A model generated the notes under the pieces. That model was not told where the DNA came from. It did no database searches and saw only the letters and a list, made by a program, of their open reading frames with translations. 36,648 nt of DNA from Chloroflexota bacterium (GTDB lineage: Bacteria > Chloroflexota > Dehalococcoidia > UBA2979). A program made the translations under genes and the position numbers. Positions within the stretch are counted from its first letter, which is position 1. Every line of letters begins with the position of its first letter. Location of the stretch: contig JAQCIU010000030.1 in the NCBI GenBank assembly GCA_027593235.1, forward strand, positions 1 to 36,648. Direction: 5' to 3'. Below are positions 17,559-26,759 of the stretch, piece by piece.

Positions 17559-18533
17559 ATGCCCATTGGTGCACTCTGGCAGACGCTCCTCGAGACGCCA
17601 CTGATCAACCTCATGGTCCTCTTGACCACGGTCTGTCTGGGATCATTCGGGCTTGCGATCCTGGTGTTCACCGTGCTGTCGCGGGCCCTGCTCTTCCCGC
17701 TGACGCTGCGCACCCTGAACGCGACAAAGGCGATGCAGCAGATCGCCCCTCAGGTCGAGGAGATCAAGAAGAAGTACTCGGATCCACGCCGTCGGTCCGA
17801 GGAGACGATGAAGCTCTACAAGGAATCCGGCGTCAATCCGCTGGGCTGCCTCGGTCCACAGCTCGTCCAGTTCCCGATTTTCATCGCGCTCTACCAGGTC
17901 ATTCGCACCACTCTGGCCACGACCCCCGAGAGCCTGGTGAACCTCTCTCACCGCCTTTACGACTTCGACGTCATCCAGCACGCCGCACCGCTGAGCACCA
18001 AGTTCCTGTGGCTCGACCTCAAGGACAACGGCGGATATCTCCTCACCGGCGTCGTGTTCGCCTCGATGTGGCTGCAGCAGCGCATCTCGACCGGTCGCAA
18101 CAGCGCCATACAGAGCGACCAGCAGCGGCAGATGAACCAGATGATGCAGTGGATGATGCCGGCGGTCTTCGCCTGGTTCGTCCTCGCGGTCCCGTCGGGC
18201 CTCGGGCTCTACTGGGGCGCCAGCACGATGATCGGCATCATTCTGCAGTGGAAGTTCGTCGGACCCGGCGATTTCACCTGGGGATCGCTGATCCCAAACC
18301 TCGTACGCGCCCGGACGGGAATGGCGCTACTTCCCGCGACCGACCCGAAGACCGGGCGACCAGCCCCTGCCTCTCGACAGTCCGCCAAGCCGGCGACTGA
18401 GACCGAAACGGAGTCTGAAGATGGAAACAGCGGAGACCAGCGGCAAAACGGTGGACGACGCCGTCGCTCGCGCTCTCGATCAACTCGGCCGGCGTCGCGA
18501 TCAAGTCGACGTCGAGGTCGTCCAGGAAGCTAG
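17559..18533 (+). CDS. yidC: Membrane protein insertase YidC/Oxa1
   Basis: SFGLAILVFTVL.R.LLFPL, MQQIAPQ, LYKESGVNPLGCL, QFPIFIALY and PSGLGLYW motifs. Confidence 0.94.
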   Translation: MPIGALWQTLLETPLINLMVLLTTVCLGSFGLAILVFTVLSRALLFPLTLRTLNATKAMQQIAPQVEEIKKKYSDPRRRSEETMKLYKESGVNPLGCLGPQLVQFPIFIALYQVIRTTLATTPESLVNLSHRLYDFDVIQHAAPLSTKFLWLDLKDNGGYLLTGVVFASMWLQQRISTGRNSAIQSDQQRQMNQMMQWMMPAVFAWFVLAVPSGLGLYWGASTMIGIILQWKFVGPGDFTWGSLIPNLVRARTGMALLPATDPKTGRPAPASRQSAKPATETETESEDGNSGDQRQNGGRRRRSRSRSTRPASRSSRRRGRPGS

Positions 18534-19605
18534 AAGCGGCTTCCTCGGCATCGGCAGCGGCGAAGCGATCGTCCGCGTGACCGTGCGCGAAGCCCCAGTC
18601 GCAACTCCCACCCCTGCAGCCTCCGGTTCCGCGGATGGTTCCGAGGACGGCGAAGGCGACGAGGACGGCGAAGACCGCCCCCGACGACGACGACGTGGAC
18701 GGCGCGGTGGGCGCGGACGGCGCGGCAGACGCGATGACGCCGGCGATCAGGACAGCCAGAACACCCGGTCAGACGACGGTGGCGACGCGCGAGATGAAGA
18801 CGCGCCCCCGTTGAACGACCGCGACGACGATGATGACGATGACGACGACCTCGATGACGACGAGCCGCCGCGGCGCGACGAGTTCGAGGGCCGCGATCGC
18901 GGTGGTCGCGGTGGTGGTCGCCGCGAAGGCGGCGGCCGCGGCCGCAGTGGTGGTCGCGACGACTCCCGCGGCGGTGGGCGCGATGGTGGACGTGGCCGCT
19001 CCGGCGGGCGCGACGACCGTGACCGTCGTCCGATCGAAGCAGTCGCTGAGGACGAAGAGGTGCGGATCCCCGGAGCGCCGCCCAACCTCCCGGAGGCGAT
19101 CAACTCGACCCCCGAGGACGACGTCGACCTGTTCGGCAGCACCCTCCGCGATCTGCTGGTCTTGCTCGGCCTCGGTGACACGAGCATCACGGCGCGGGAT
19201 CCCGAGACCCCCGGCGATGGCGTCGGCCTGATCAACCAGGTCTTCGATGTCTACGGCGACAACGACGAGGCGTCTGACGAGCTGGCGGTCGTGATCGGCC
19301 GTCGTGGCGAGACCCTCAACTCCCTCCAGTACCTGCTCAATGTCCTGGTCTCCCGTCACGGCAGCACCAAGGACGTGTTCGGCGTCGACATCGAGGGCTA
19401 CCGGCGCCGCCGCGAGGACACGCTGGTCGACATGGCGCTGGAGATCGCCGCCGAGGTGCGCGCCACCGGTGACGTGATCACGCTGGAGCCGATGCCGGCC
19501 GCCGAACGACGGATCATCCACCTGGCGCTCGAGACCGAACAGGGCATCAAGACGGAGAGCGTTGGCCGCGGCGAGGATCGCCAGGTCGAAGTGCTCCCCG
19601 ACTAG
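18421..19605 (+). CDS. khpB: RNA-binding protein Jag/KhpB/EloR (Jag-N, long disordered linker, KH, R3H)
   Basis: GKTVDDAV..AL..LG...GFLGIG, KH IGRRGETLNSLQYL, DIEGYRRRRE and R3H ERRIIH...TESVG. Confidence 0.93.
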   Translation: METAETSGKTVDDAVARALDQLGRRRDQVDVEVVQEARSGFLGIGSGEAIVRVTVREAPVATPTPAASGSADGSEDGEGDEDGEDRPRRRRRGRRGGRGRRGRRDDAGDQDSQNTRSDDGGDARDEDAPPLNDRDDDDDDDDDLDDDEPPRRDEFEGRDRGGRGGGRREGGGRGRSGGRDDSRGGGRDGGRGRSGGRDDRDRRPIEAVAEDEEVRIPGAPPNLPEAINSTPEDDVDLFGSTLRDLLVLLGLGDTSITARDPETPGDGVGLINQVFDVYGDNDEASDELAVVIGRRGETLNSLQYLLNVLVSRHGSTKDVFGVDIEGYRRRREDTLVDMALEIAAEVRATGDVITLEPMPAAERRIIHLALETEQGIKTESVGRGEDRQVEVLPD

Positions 19606-19628
19606 CCCGGGGAAGGCCAGAGACCATC

Positions 19629-20531
19629 GTGACCGGTCCACCGACGCCACTGCTGTTGGTCGGGCCCGTCACGATGGATCACATCGCTGGCAAACGATTG
19701 CCTGGTGGCGGAGTCGCCTACGGCGCGCGGGTTGCAGCAGCGTTTGGCATCCGCGCCCGGATACTGACAATCGCCGCACCGAACGCCGATCTGAGCGCCC
19801 TCGAGGGCCACGACGTGCACGTCGTCGACGATGCGCACACCGTCACGTTCATGTTCGAGCCGAGCGCGGCCGGTCGCGTGATGCGCGTCCCGGAGCAGCC
19901 ATCGCGCCCGCTCGCTGCCAGCGACTTGCCAGCCGCGTGGGCCGACAGCAAGACGCTGATGGTCGCGCCGCTTATCGAGGGCGATGTCGATCTCGACTCT
20001 TTCACCTCGATCTCCAGAACGGCCTCGCGGGTTGGCGTGATTGCACAGGGACTACAGCGGCACCTGATCGGCGATCATGTCGTTGATATCACCCCACCTC
20101 GTGACAGCTCATTCGTACGTGCCTGTTCGACCGCATTCACCTTCTTCCGATCGCAACGCGAGGCCGCGCTGTGGACCGACGATAAGCGCGCCTCGGCGCT
20201 GGCGCGCGGTGCGCGGCTGGTGACGACGCGTGGCCAACTCGGCGCAACGATCGAGACCGCCGAGGGCCGCCTCGCGGTCCCGGCGTTCCCGGTCACGCAC
20301 GAGGTGGACACGACCGGCGCGGGCGACGTCTTCGCGACAGCGCTTATACTCGCGCTGGACGAAGGCGACGAAGCTGCCGCGGAGTTAGCGGCGGCGTTCG
20401 CGGCAGCGTCCGTCGAGCAGATCGGCCCCGCGTCACTCCCCACGCTGTCCGAGATTCGGCGCCGGCTTGTAGCCGAGCGCGGCAACGACGGCGAACACGC
20501 CGACGAGTCCAGGCGAGGAGCCCGCGCGTGA
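19629..20531 (+). CDS. PfkB family carbohydrate kinase
   Basis: N-terminal GPVTMD...PGGGVAY, VTTRG..GA and VDTTGAGDVF signature. Confidence 0.88.
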   Translation: MTGPPTPLLLVGPVTMDHIAGKRLPGGGVAYGARVAAAFGIRARILTIAAPNADLSALEGHDVHVVDDAHTVTFMFEPSAAGRVMRVPEQPSRPLAASDLPAAWADSKTLMVAPLIEGDVDLDSFTSISRTASRVGVIAQGLQRHLIGDHVVDITPPRDSSFVRACSTAFTFFRSQREAALWTDDKRASALARGARLVTTRGQLGATIETAEGRLAVPAFPVTHEVDTTGAGDVFATALILALDEGDEAAAELAAAFAAASVEQIGPASLPTLSEIRRRLVAERGNDGEHADESRRGARA

Positions 20532-21322
20532 GCGTCGTAATCGCCCTGGCAAACCAGAAGGGTGGCGTGGGCAAGACCACGACCACCATCTCCTTGGCTG
20601 CGGCCCTCGGTGCGCGTGGACGCCGTGTGCTGGTCGTAGACGCGGATCCGCAGGCAAACGCTACCTCGGCCCTCGGTGTGCGCGATGCCGGCGATGGCGC
20701 GCTCTACGCGGCGCTTGTGGACGAAACCCCGCTGCTTGCCGCAATCATTGAGACGGATACGCCCGGCGTGTCGCTCGTTCCGACCAGCCCCGCGCTCGCG
20801 GGCGCCGAGGTCGAGCTGGTCTCGGTGATGGCGCGGGAGTTCCGGATGAAGCGCGCCCTCGATCTGGTGCGTCCGAACTTCGACGTGATCCTGATCGATT
20901 GCCCCCCGTCGCTCGGCCTCTTGACCGTCAACGCGCTGGCCGCCGCCGATCAGGTCATCATCCCGGTCCAGAGCGAATACTTCGCCCTTGAGGGTCTCAG
21001 CCACCTCTCCAAGACCATTGAGCTGGTGCGACGCAACCTGAACCCGAAACTGACGCTGCGCGGCGTAGTGCTGACCATGTTCGATGCGCGCACCAACCTG
21101 TCGAAGGATGTAGAGGCCGAGGTGCGGCGTCACTTCGGCAACACCTTCCAGGCCGTGATTCCGCGGTCCGTGCGATTGTCCGAGGCCCCCAGCCACGGCT
21201 TGCCCGTCCAGCGCTACGACCCGACCTCGGCCGGCGCGATCGCCTATGACCAACTCGCCGACGAACTGCTGGCATCCGAGGAGCGCGAAATACCGGTAAC
21301 CGGAGGAACGCATGGCTCGTAA
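20528..21322 (+). CDS. parA: Chromosome partitioning ATPase ParA/Soj
   Basis: NQKGGVGKTTT, DADPQANATS, IDCPPSLGLLTVNAL and IPRSVRLSEAPSHG. Confidence 0.96.
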   Translation: MSVVIALANQKGGVGKTTTTISLAAALGARGRRVLVVDADPQANATSALGVRDAGDGALYAALVDETPLLAAIIETDTPGVSLVPTSPALAGAEVELVSVMAREFRMKRALDLVRPNFDVILIDCPPSLGLLTVNALAAADQVIIPVQSEYFALEGLSHLSKTIELVRRNLNPKLTLRGVVLTMFDARTNLSKDVEAEVRRHFGNTFQAVIPRSVRLSEAPSHGLPVQRYDPTSAGAIAYDQLADELLASEEREIPVTGGTHGS

Positions 21323-22271
21323 GGGTGGGCTGGGGCGCGGCCTCGCCGCGTTGATCCCAGAACGACCCCAGGAGGCCGATCCGGCCGAGGCACCCGCGAC
21401 GGCTGCCCCCACCTCGGCGGTATCGATCGACGCGATCGTCCCGAACCCGCAGCAGCCGCGAACGATCATGCGCGAGGACGAGCTGGCGGAATTGGCCGCC
21501 TCGATCCACGAGCACGGGATCATTCAGCCGCTGCTGGTCTCCGAACAACGCGACGACGATGGCACGCTCAGCTACCAGCTGATCGCCGGCGAGCGGCGCT
21601 GGCGAGCGGCACGCGCTGCCGGGCTGACCGAGGTGCCGGTGACGATCCGGCAGACCACACCGCAGGAGCTGCTGGAACTGGCGATCATCGAGAACGTCCA
21701 GCGGGCCGACCTCAGCCCCCTCGAGGAGGCGACGGCCTACCACCGGCTGATGAACGACTTCTCGCTGACCCAACAGCAGGTCGCGCAGCGGGTCGGACGA
21801 TCGCGGACCGCCGTCGCGAACACGGTCCGCCTGCTCGATCTGCCACCGGTGATCAGCGCCTCGCTGGCGCAGCGCGAGATCAGCGAGGGCCATGGCCGCG
21901 CGCTGCTCGGGTCGCCAAGCGTCGAACTGATGCTCGAGGCCTGGGGACAGGTGATCGCCGACTCACTCAACGTCCGCCAGACCGAGGAGTTGGTGCGCGC
22001 CCAGCGCGAACCAGCGCCTGCCATCGAGCCAGCGAACGAGGCCGCATCGGCCGCGAACCTCGAGCAGGCGATCGTTTCGGTCGCCGACCCGGGCGCACGC
22101 GGCCCGGCGGTGGTGACCGAGGGCATCGCAGCCGCGCTGCAACGCGCGCTCGGCACGAAGGTGACCTTGCGACGCACACCGGACGGCAATGGCTCGATGA
22201 CGATTCACTTCTACAGCGACGAGGAGCTGGACGGCATCCTCGAACGATTGATCGGGGACGAACAACTGTGA
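21312..22271 (+). CDS. parB: Chromosome partitioning protein ParB/Spo0J
   Basis: [38 protein letters not shown] and [17 protein letters not shown]. Confidence 0.96.
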   Translation: MARKGGLGRGLAALIPERPQEADPAEAPATAAPTSAVSIDAIVPNPQQPRTIMREDELAELAASIHEHGIIQPLLVSEQRDDDGTLSYQLIAGERRWRAARAAGLTEVPVTIRQTTPQELLELAIIENVQRADLSPLEEATAYHRLMNDFSLTQQQVAQRVGRSRTAVANTVRLLDLPPVISASLAQREISEGHGRALLGSPSVELMLEAWGQVIADSLNVRQTEELVRAQREPAPAIEPANEAASAANLEQAIVSVADPGARGPAVVTEGIAAALQRALGTKVTLRRTPDGNGSMTIHFYSDEELDGILERLIGDEQL

Positions 22272-22723
22272 CGATCGCCGCGCGCCTCGACGAACTGGGC
22301 ATCACGCTGCCAACGCCCTCGACAGCCGGGCTCTACCGGCCCGCCGTCCGGAGCGGGAGCCAGATCTACGTGGCGGGCCAGCTCGCGATGCGGGACGGAG
22401 CGATCGTGCATCCCGGCCACCTCGGGAACGACGTCTCGGTGGAGCAGGGCGCCGAGGCCGCGCGTGTCTGTGCGGTGAACGCACTAGGCGCGATCCACCA
22501 CCTGTTGGGTAACCTCGAAGACCTGCGGCTGATCCGAGCCGTTGGTTACGTTGCGGCAACAGCGGAGTTCACGAACCACCCAGCGGTGGTGAACGGCGCG
22601 AGTGAGTTGCTGCGCGACGTGTTTGGTGAAGAGCGAGGCATCGGCGCGCGCGTGGCCTTCGGGGTCGCGTCGCTGCCGCTGGGCTCGCCGGTGGAGATCG
22701 AACTACTGATGGAGATCTACTGA
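22268..22723 (+). CDS. RidA/YjgF/YER057c family protein
   Basis: RL.ELGI.LP, YVAGQL, NGASELL..VFG...AR.A.GVASLP...PVEIE. Confidence 0.9.
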   Translation: MTIAARLDELGITLPTPSTAGLYRPAVRSGSQIYVAGQLAMRDGAIVHPGHLGNDVSVEQGAEAARVCAVNALGAIHHLLGNLEDLRLIRAVGYVAATAEFTNHPAVVNGASELLRDVFGEERGIGARVAFGVASLPLGSPVEIELLMEIY

Positions 22724-23241
22724 TGTCACGAATCGACTTTGTCACGGGTGCGCCACAGAAGTACGCCGACCTCGTGCAAGAGCTGGCCGTGATCCCGGAG
22801 CGGGTCGAGCGGCTGATCGCGGGGCACACCGCGCGCGATCTGCAGAAGGCCGCGAACGAGGGCGACTGGGGCGCGGGGCGCGTGCTGGCACACATGATCA
22901 GCTACGCGATCCACAACGGCGACTTCATCCGTCAGATCGCGTGGATGACCGAGCCGCGACGTCGCCCGTGGGACGAGGACGCCGAAGTCGCCGCCGAGGG
23001 CTGGGCCGGCAAGAACGGCACCGCGCTCGTCGCCGCCCTGCGCGAGCCGATCGGTGAGACGGTTGAGCTACTCTCCGGCACCCCCGACGCCCAGTGGGGC
23101 CGTCCTGGCACCGTGCCGGGCCGAGGCCGCCGATCGCTGCGGCAACAACTCCGCGCGCACCTCGATCACCTCGACGAGCACATCACTCAGCTCGAGGCGC
23201 TGCTTGGCGCGGCTGCACCGGCTGCCGTAGCTTCGCGCTAG
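22723..23241 (+). CDS. DinB/YfiT-like four-helix bundle protein
   Basis: W...VLAHM and H..H..EH..Q metal-ligand pattern. Translationally coupled to ridA. Confidence 0.75.
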   Translation: MSRIDFVTGAPQKYADLVQELAVIPERVERLIAGHTARDLQKAANEGDWGAGRVLAHMISYAIHNGDFIRQIAWMTEPRRRPWDEDAEVAAEGWAGKNGTALVAALREPIGETVELLSGTPDAQWGRPGTVPGRGRRSLRQQLRAHLDHLDEHITQLEALLGAAAPAAVASR

Positions 23242-23269
23242 GCGGCCGACGCCACCGCGGCGGCAGACG

Positions 23270-24103
23270 TTACCCGACTTCGATCGGCAACTCGGAACGG
23301 ACGGACCATTCGGCCCAGGAGCCGTCGTAGTTGCGGGCGTTCTTCCAACCAAGCAGCTCATACATCGCGAACCAGCTCGCGGCGGAGCGAATACCGCCGC
23401 CGCAGTACGGGAAGACGGGCTCGGAGCCGTCGATGCCGGCAGCGAGGTAGAGCGATCGCAGTTGGTCCGGGGCCAGGAACGTGCCGTCGTCGTTGACGAG
23501 GAGTTCCCAGTTCAGGTGCTGCGCGCGCGGGACGCGGCCCATCCGCATCGCAGCGTGGGCACCGCTGCTCTCGCCTCGGTACTCAGCGTCGCTGCGGCAA
23601 TCGAGCACGCGCGCGCCCGTGCCGCCGGTGGCAATCGCCAGCACCTCGTCGACCGTCGAGAGGATCGAGGGGTCGCCGTCACCGATCGCGGGCGTCGTCG
23701 GCGGGCGGTCGGCGACCTCGGTCGTTACGGTGAGCCCGGCGCGTTGCAGCGCAGCGAGCGAGCGATCGGCGAGGTGGACGCGCGGGAAGCCGTAGTAGCG
23801 GAGCACCCAGTAGGCCCGCGACGGCCACATCGATTTACCGGCGGCGTACACGACGATGTTCTGCGCGGGGTCGACGCCGAGCCGGCCGAGCGTGGCCGCC
23901 AACTCCTCGGGGAGTGGGGCAAGGGCGCGGACGCCGCCGCGTTCGGCAGTGAAGTCGTCGTACCCGTGTGCATAGATCGCGCCGGGTAGGTGACCGACGT
24001 CATAGGGCGCGCGATCGCCCTCGATCTGGATGAGCGCGAGATCGTCGTCCGCGAGGTGCGCGGTCAGCCACTCCGGGCCAACCAGCAGATTGTTCTCGGC
24101 CAT
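23270..24103 (-). CDS. Tandem-domain rhodanese sulfurtransferase (SseA/TST type)
   Basis: GHLPGA, LDCRS..EY.G, active loop YCGGGIRS and YDGSWAEW. Confidence 0.92.
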   Translation of the reverse strand: MAENNLLVGPEWLTAHLADDDLALIQIEGDRAPYDVGHLPGAIYAHGYDDFTAERGGVRALAPLPEELAATLGRLGVDPAQNIVVYAAGKSMWPSRAYWVLRYYGFPRVHLADRSLAALQRAGLTVTTEVADRPPTTPAIGDGDPSILSTVDEVLAIATGGTGARVLDCRSDAEYRGESSGAHAAMRMGRVPRAQHLNWELLVNDDGTFLAPDQLRSLYLAAGIDGSEPVFPYCGGGIRSAASWFAMYELLGWKNARNYDGSWAEWSVRSELPIEVG

Positions 24104-24272
24104 GGGACGCCATCCTTCTTTGTTCGCGCCTGCTCGTTCGTCGAATGGATCGTGCCTCGGTGGGACCTCGTGGTCGAGGCGAGTGAGGCAATCAGCATCC
24201 GATAGTGCGTTCGGGGTCGCCCACCGTGGCGAGTCTGGGGACTAGTATCCGCGCTGGGACTGGAGTGCGACC

Positions 24273-24941
24273 GTGACGGATGACATGCGCATCGAGATCG
24301 AGCCGAACGGCCCATATGTCGTCTACGGGCAGGTGCCGCTGACGGAGATGGCACCGGTTCACACGTTCAACGGCGAGCCGGTCGCGTGGCACACGCTCGG
24401 GGAGATCCCGGCTTCCTCGGAGCCGGTCGAGCTGTGCCGGTGCGGCCAATCCTCGACCAAGCCGTTCTGCGACAACAGCCATGAGGCGCAGGGGTTCAGC
24501 GGTGAGCTGACTGCCGACCGGCAGCCGTACGCCGCACTGGCTCAGGCGCTGCAGAGTGGTGATCACGAACTGGCGGACCATCAGCCGTTCTGCGTTTCGG
24601 CCGGGTTCTGCGGCACGCGCACGACGAACGTGTGGGAGCTGAACGCCGACGCGAACGATCCCGACACCTTCGAGCAGATGAAGGGGATGATCTGGCAGTG
24701 CCCTTCGGGCCGCCTCGTGATTCGCGACGAGGGCGGGAACGACCTTGAGCCCGAACTCGCTCCGGAGATCGCCGTCCTCCCGGGCGGCCCGTTGTGGGTG
24801 AAGGGCGGCATCACGATCACTGACCCGGAGGGTGGCGAGTGGGAGACGCGGAACCGCGTCACGCTCTGCCGCTGCGGTCAGTCGAAAAACCAGCCGTTCT
24901 GCGATCGAAGCCACGAGGCATTGCACTTCGACGAACGCTGA
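24273..24941 (+). CDS. CDGSH iron-sulfur protein with two CDGSH domains flanking a divergent 4Fe-4S domain
   Basis: LCRCGQSSTKPFCDNSH and LCRCGQSKNQPFCDRSH, with central CVSAGFC...CPSGRL. Confidence 0.9.
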   Translation: MTDDMRIEIEPNGPYVVYGQVPLTEMAPVHTFNGEPVAWHTLGEIPASSEPVELCRCGQSSTKPFCDNSHEAQGFSGELTADRQPYAALAQALQSGDHELADHQPFCVSAGFCGTRTTNVWELNADANDPDTFEQMKGMIWQCPSGRLVIRDEGGNDLEPELAPEIAVLPGGPLWVKGGITITDPEGGEWETRNRVTLCRCGQSKNQPFCDRSHEALHFDER

Positions 24942-24951
24942 TCCCCCGGAC

Positions 24952-25641
24952 TCAGCGCGCGCGCTCGGCCGGTCCAACGCTGCGCACCATGCTGCGGAGA
25001 CGCTGGCGAGGGCGGAGACGACGGCGCCAACGCCACCAGGTCGCCTCGATATCGCGGCGGCGCGAAACCTCGAGGTCGAGGTTCACCGCGCGGCTATGAC
25101 GGGCAGTGAACCGCTCGAAGCTGAGTTCGGCGGCGGGCACCACCGGATCGATGGCTGCCTTCAGCCGGAGTTGCGCAACAAACTCCTCCGGTTCGGGGTA
25201 GCGCGCCCACACGTGGGGCAAGAACGGCGCCTGCGTGTCGCCGAGGCGGACCACCAGTCCGTCGACGCCCGGACGGAGCCGACGATAGAGGTCAGCCTCA
25301 TCTGACCACGACAGCGGCACGGGAGTCGTGAGAACCGCGACATCGACAATGGTTTCGGTCAGCTCAGGCGCGGCGAGGGGTTTGAATCGTGGATCCTGCA
25401 GCGCGGACTTGCGGGCGTTCTCCGCCACATCGCGATGGAGCGGAAGCGATGGGATCAACGACCCGATACAGCCGCGCTCTTCCGATCCCTGCCGCAAAGT
25501 GACGAACGAGATACCGGGCGCCCAGAGCGCGCGATCGAGCGGTGAGCGCGGACCGGGTTCGGCCGGTCCCCAGCGCACGACCTGGACGATCGTCTCCGCG
25601 GCGAGCTGCGCGAGCACGTCGAGGTGGGCCTCGCTCAGCAC
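24952..25641 (-). CDS. AMMECR1-domain protein (AmmeMemoRadiSam protein A-like)
   Basis: FVTL....RGCIGSL, SALQDPRF.PL, LRPGVDGL and FLPHVW...P.PEEF...L..KA. Confidence 0.85.
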   Translation of the reverse strand: MLSEAHLDVLAQLAAETIVQVVRWGPAEPGPRSPLDRALWAPGISFVTLRQGSEERGCIGSLIPSLPLHRDVAENARKSALQDPRFKPLAAPELTETIVDVAVLTTPVPLSWSDEADLYRRLRPGVDGLVVRLGDTQAPFLPHVWARYPEPEEFVAQLRLKAAIDPVVPAAELSFERFTARHSRAVNLDLEVSRRRDIEATWWRWRRRLRPRQRLRSMVRSVGPAERAR

Positions 25642-25647
25642 GCCGGG

Positions 25648-26733
25648 TTAGTCGCTGGACGGGGCGGTGCTGTCGTTGCCGCCACCATCACCGGTGCCAC
25701 GTCCGCGACGACGACGGCCGCCGCGTCGACCACGGCGGCGCCGACGCGGTTTTTCGGCCCCGTCGGTCGCGTCCTGCTCCTCCGCTGGCGCGGACGTGGA
25801 CTCCGGCTCCGGCCGGTGATCGACGAGCTCGAGGATGGCGATCGTCGCTGACTGGAGGGCGCGCGCCTCGGCGCGGGCGGGGTCCTCGACTGTCGCTTCG
25901 AGTTCTTCGGGGCGAACGAGGCTGCCGTACTGGGCGCGAAGCTGATCGGCCTCGAGTTCGATGATCTCACCGCTGTCGTCGAGACGGAGACGGACGATCT
26001 GGCGCAGCGCATCGATCGAGATGACATTGGCGCGCCCGATCGGCGTGGTTACGCGCTTGCCCACCTTCGGGAGGTCGCCGCGGAGTTCCTTGTAGGCGTC
26101 CACCTCGAACGAGAGGCAGCAGAGCAGGCGACCACAGAGGCCGGAGATCTTCGATGGGTTCGGCGCGAGACCCTGGTCCTTCGCCATGCGGATGGAGACA
26201 GAGGGGAACTCGCTCATCCAGCTTGTGCAGCACAAATCGCGGCCACAGAGGCCCATCGCGTTGGTGCCCAGCGCCTTGGCGCGATCACGGTCACCGACCT
26301 GGCGAATCTCCAGACGCGCGTTCAGCAGGTCCTCGGCCTGGCGGTGCAGCCAGTCGACGGAACTCCGGTCCGGCGCGGTGTAGGTGAGTTCGCCCTGTTC
26401 CCCGGAGAGGTCATAGCCGACTGTGGCGACGCGCACCCGGGGGTCCGTACGCGACGCCAGTGCCTGCGCGCGGCCGACATCCTCCTCGCCGCGCTGCTTC
26501 TGGCGCTGCCAGGCGGCGACATCGTCCTCCGAGGCGATTCGTTCGATCCGGCGAAGCGGTCGCTCGATCGTCGCGGAGACGACCTGGTCGGCAGCGAGCA
26601 CGACCCAACCAAGCTGCTCGGCGCCGTCGCGTTCGACCACGACATAGTCGCCCACGCCGAGCGCGATCTGGCCGGGGCTGCAGTAATCGATCGGTCCAGC
26701 CGTGTGGTAGCGAATGCCAACAACGTCACTCAT
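25648..26733 (-). CDS. ricT: PSP1-domain protein RicT/YaaT
   Basis: G.CGR.LCC..W, VSIRMAKDQGL..NP.KISG.CGRL.CCL.FE, downstream of holB. Confidence 0.9.
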   Translation of the reverse strand: MSDVVGIRYHTAGPIDYCSPGQIALGVGDYVVVERDGAEQLGWVVLAADQVVSATIERPLRRIERIASEDDVAAWQRQKQRGEEDVGRAQALASRTDPRVRVATVGYDLSGEQGELTYTAPDRSSVDWLHRQAEDLLNARLEIRQVGDRDRAKALGTNAMGLCGRDLCCTSWMSEFPSVSIRMAKDQGLAPNPSKISGLCGRLLCCLSFEVDAYKELRGDLPKVGKRVTTPIGRANVISIDALRQIVRLRLDDSGEIIELEADQLRAQYGSLVRPEELEATVEDPARAEARALQSATIAILELVDHRPEPESTSAPAEEQDATDGAEKPRRRRRGRRGGRRRRGRGTGDGGGNDSTAPSSD

Positions 26734-26759
26734 GGCATCAACGCCGTCGGGGCTGCGGG

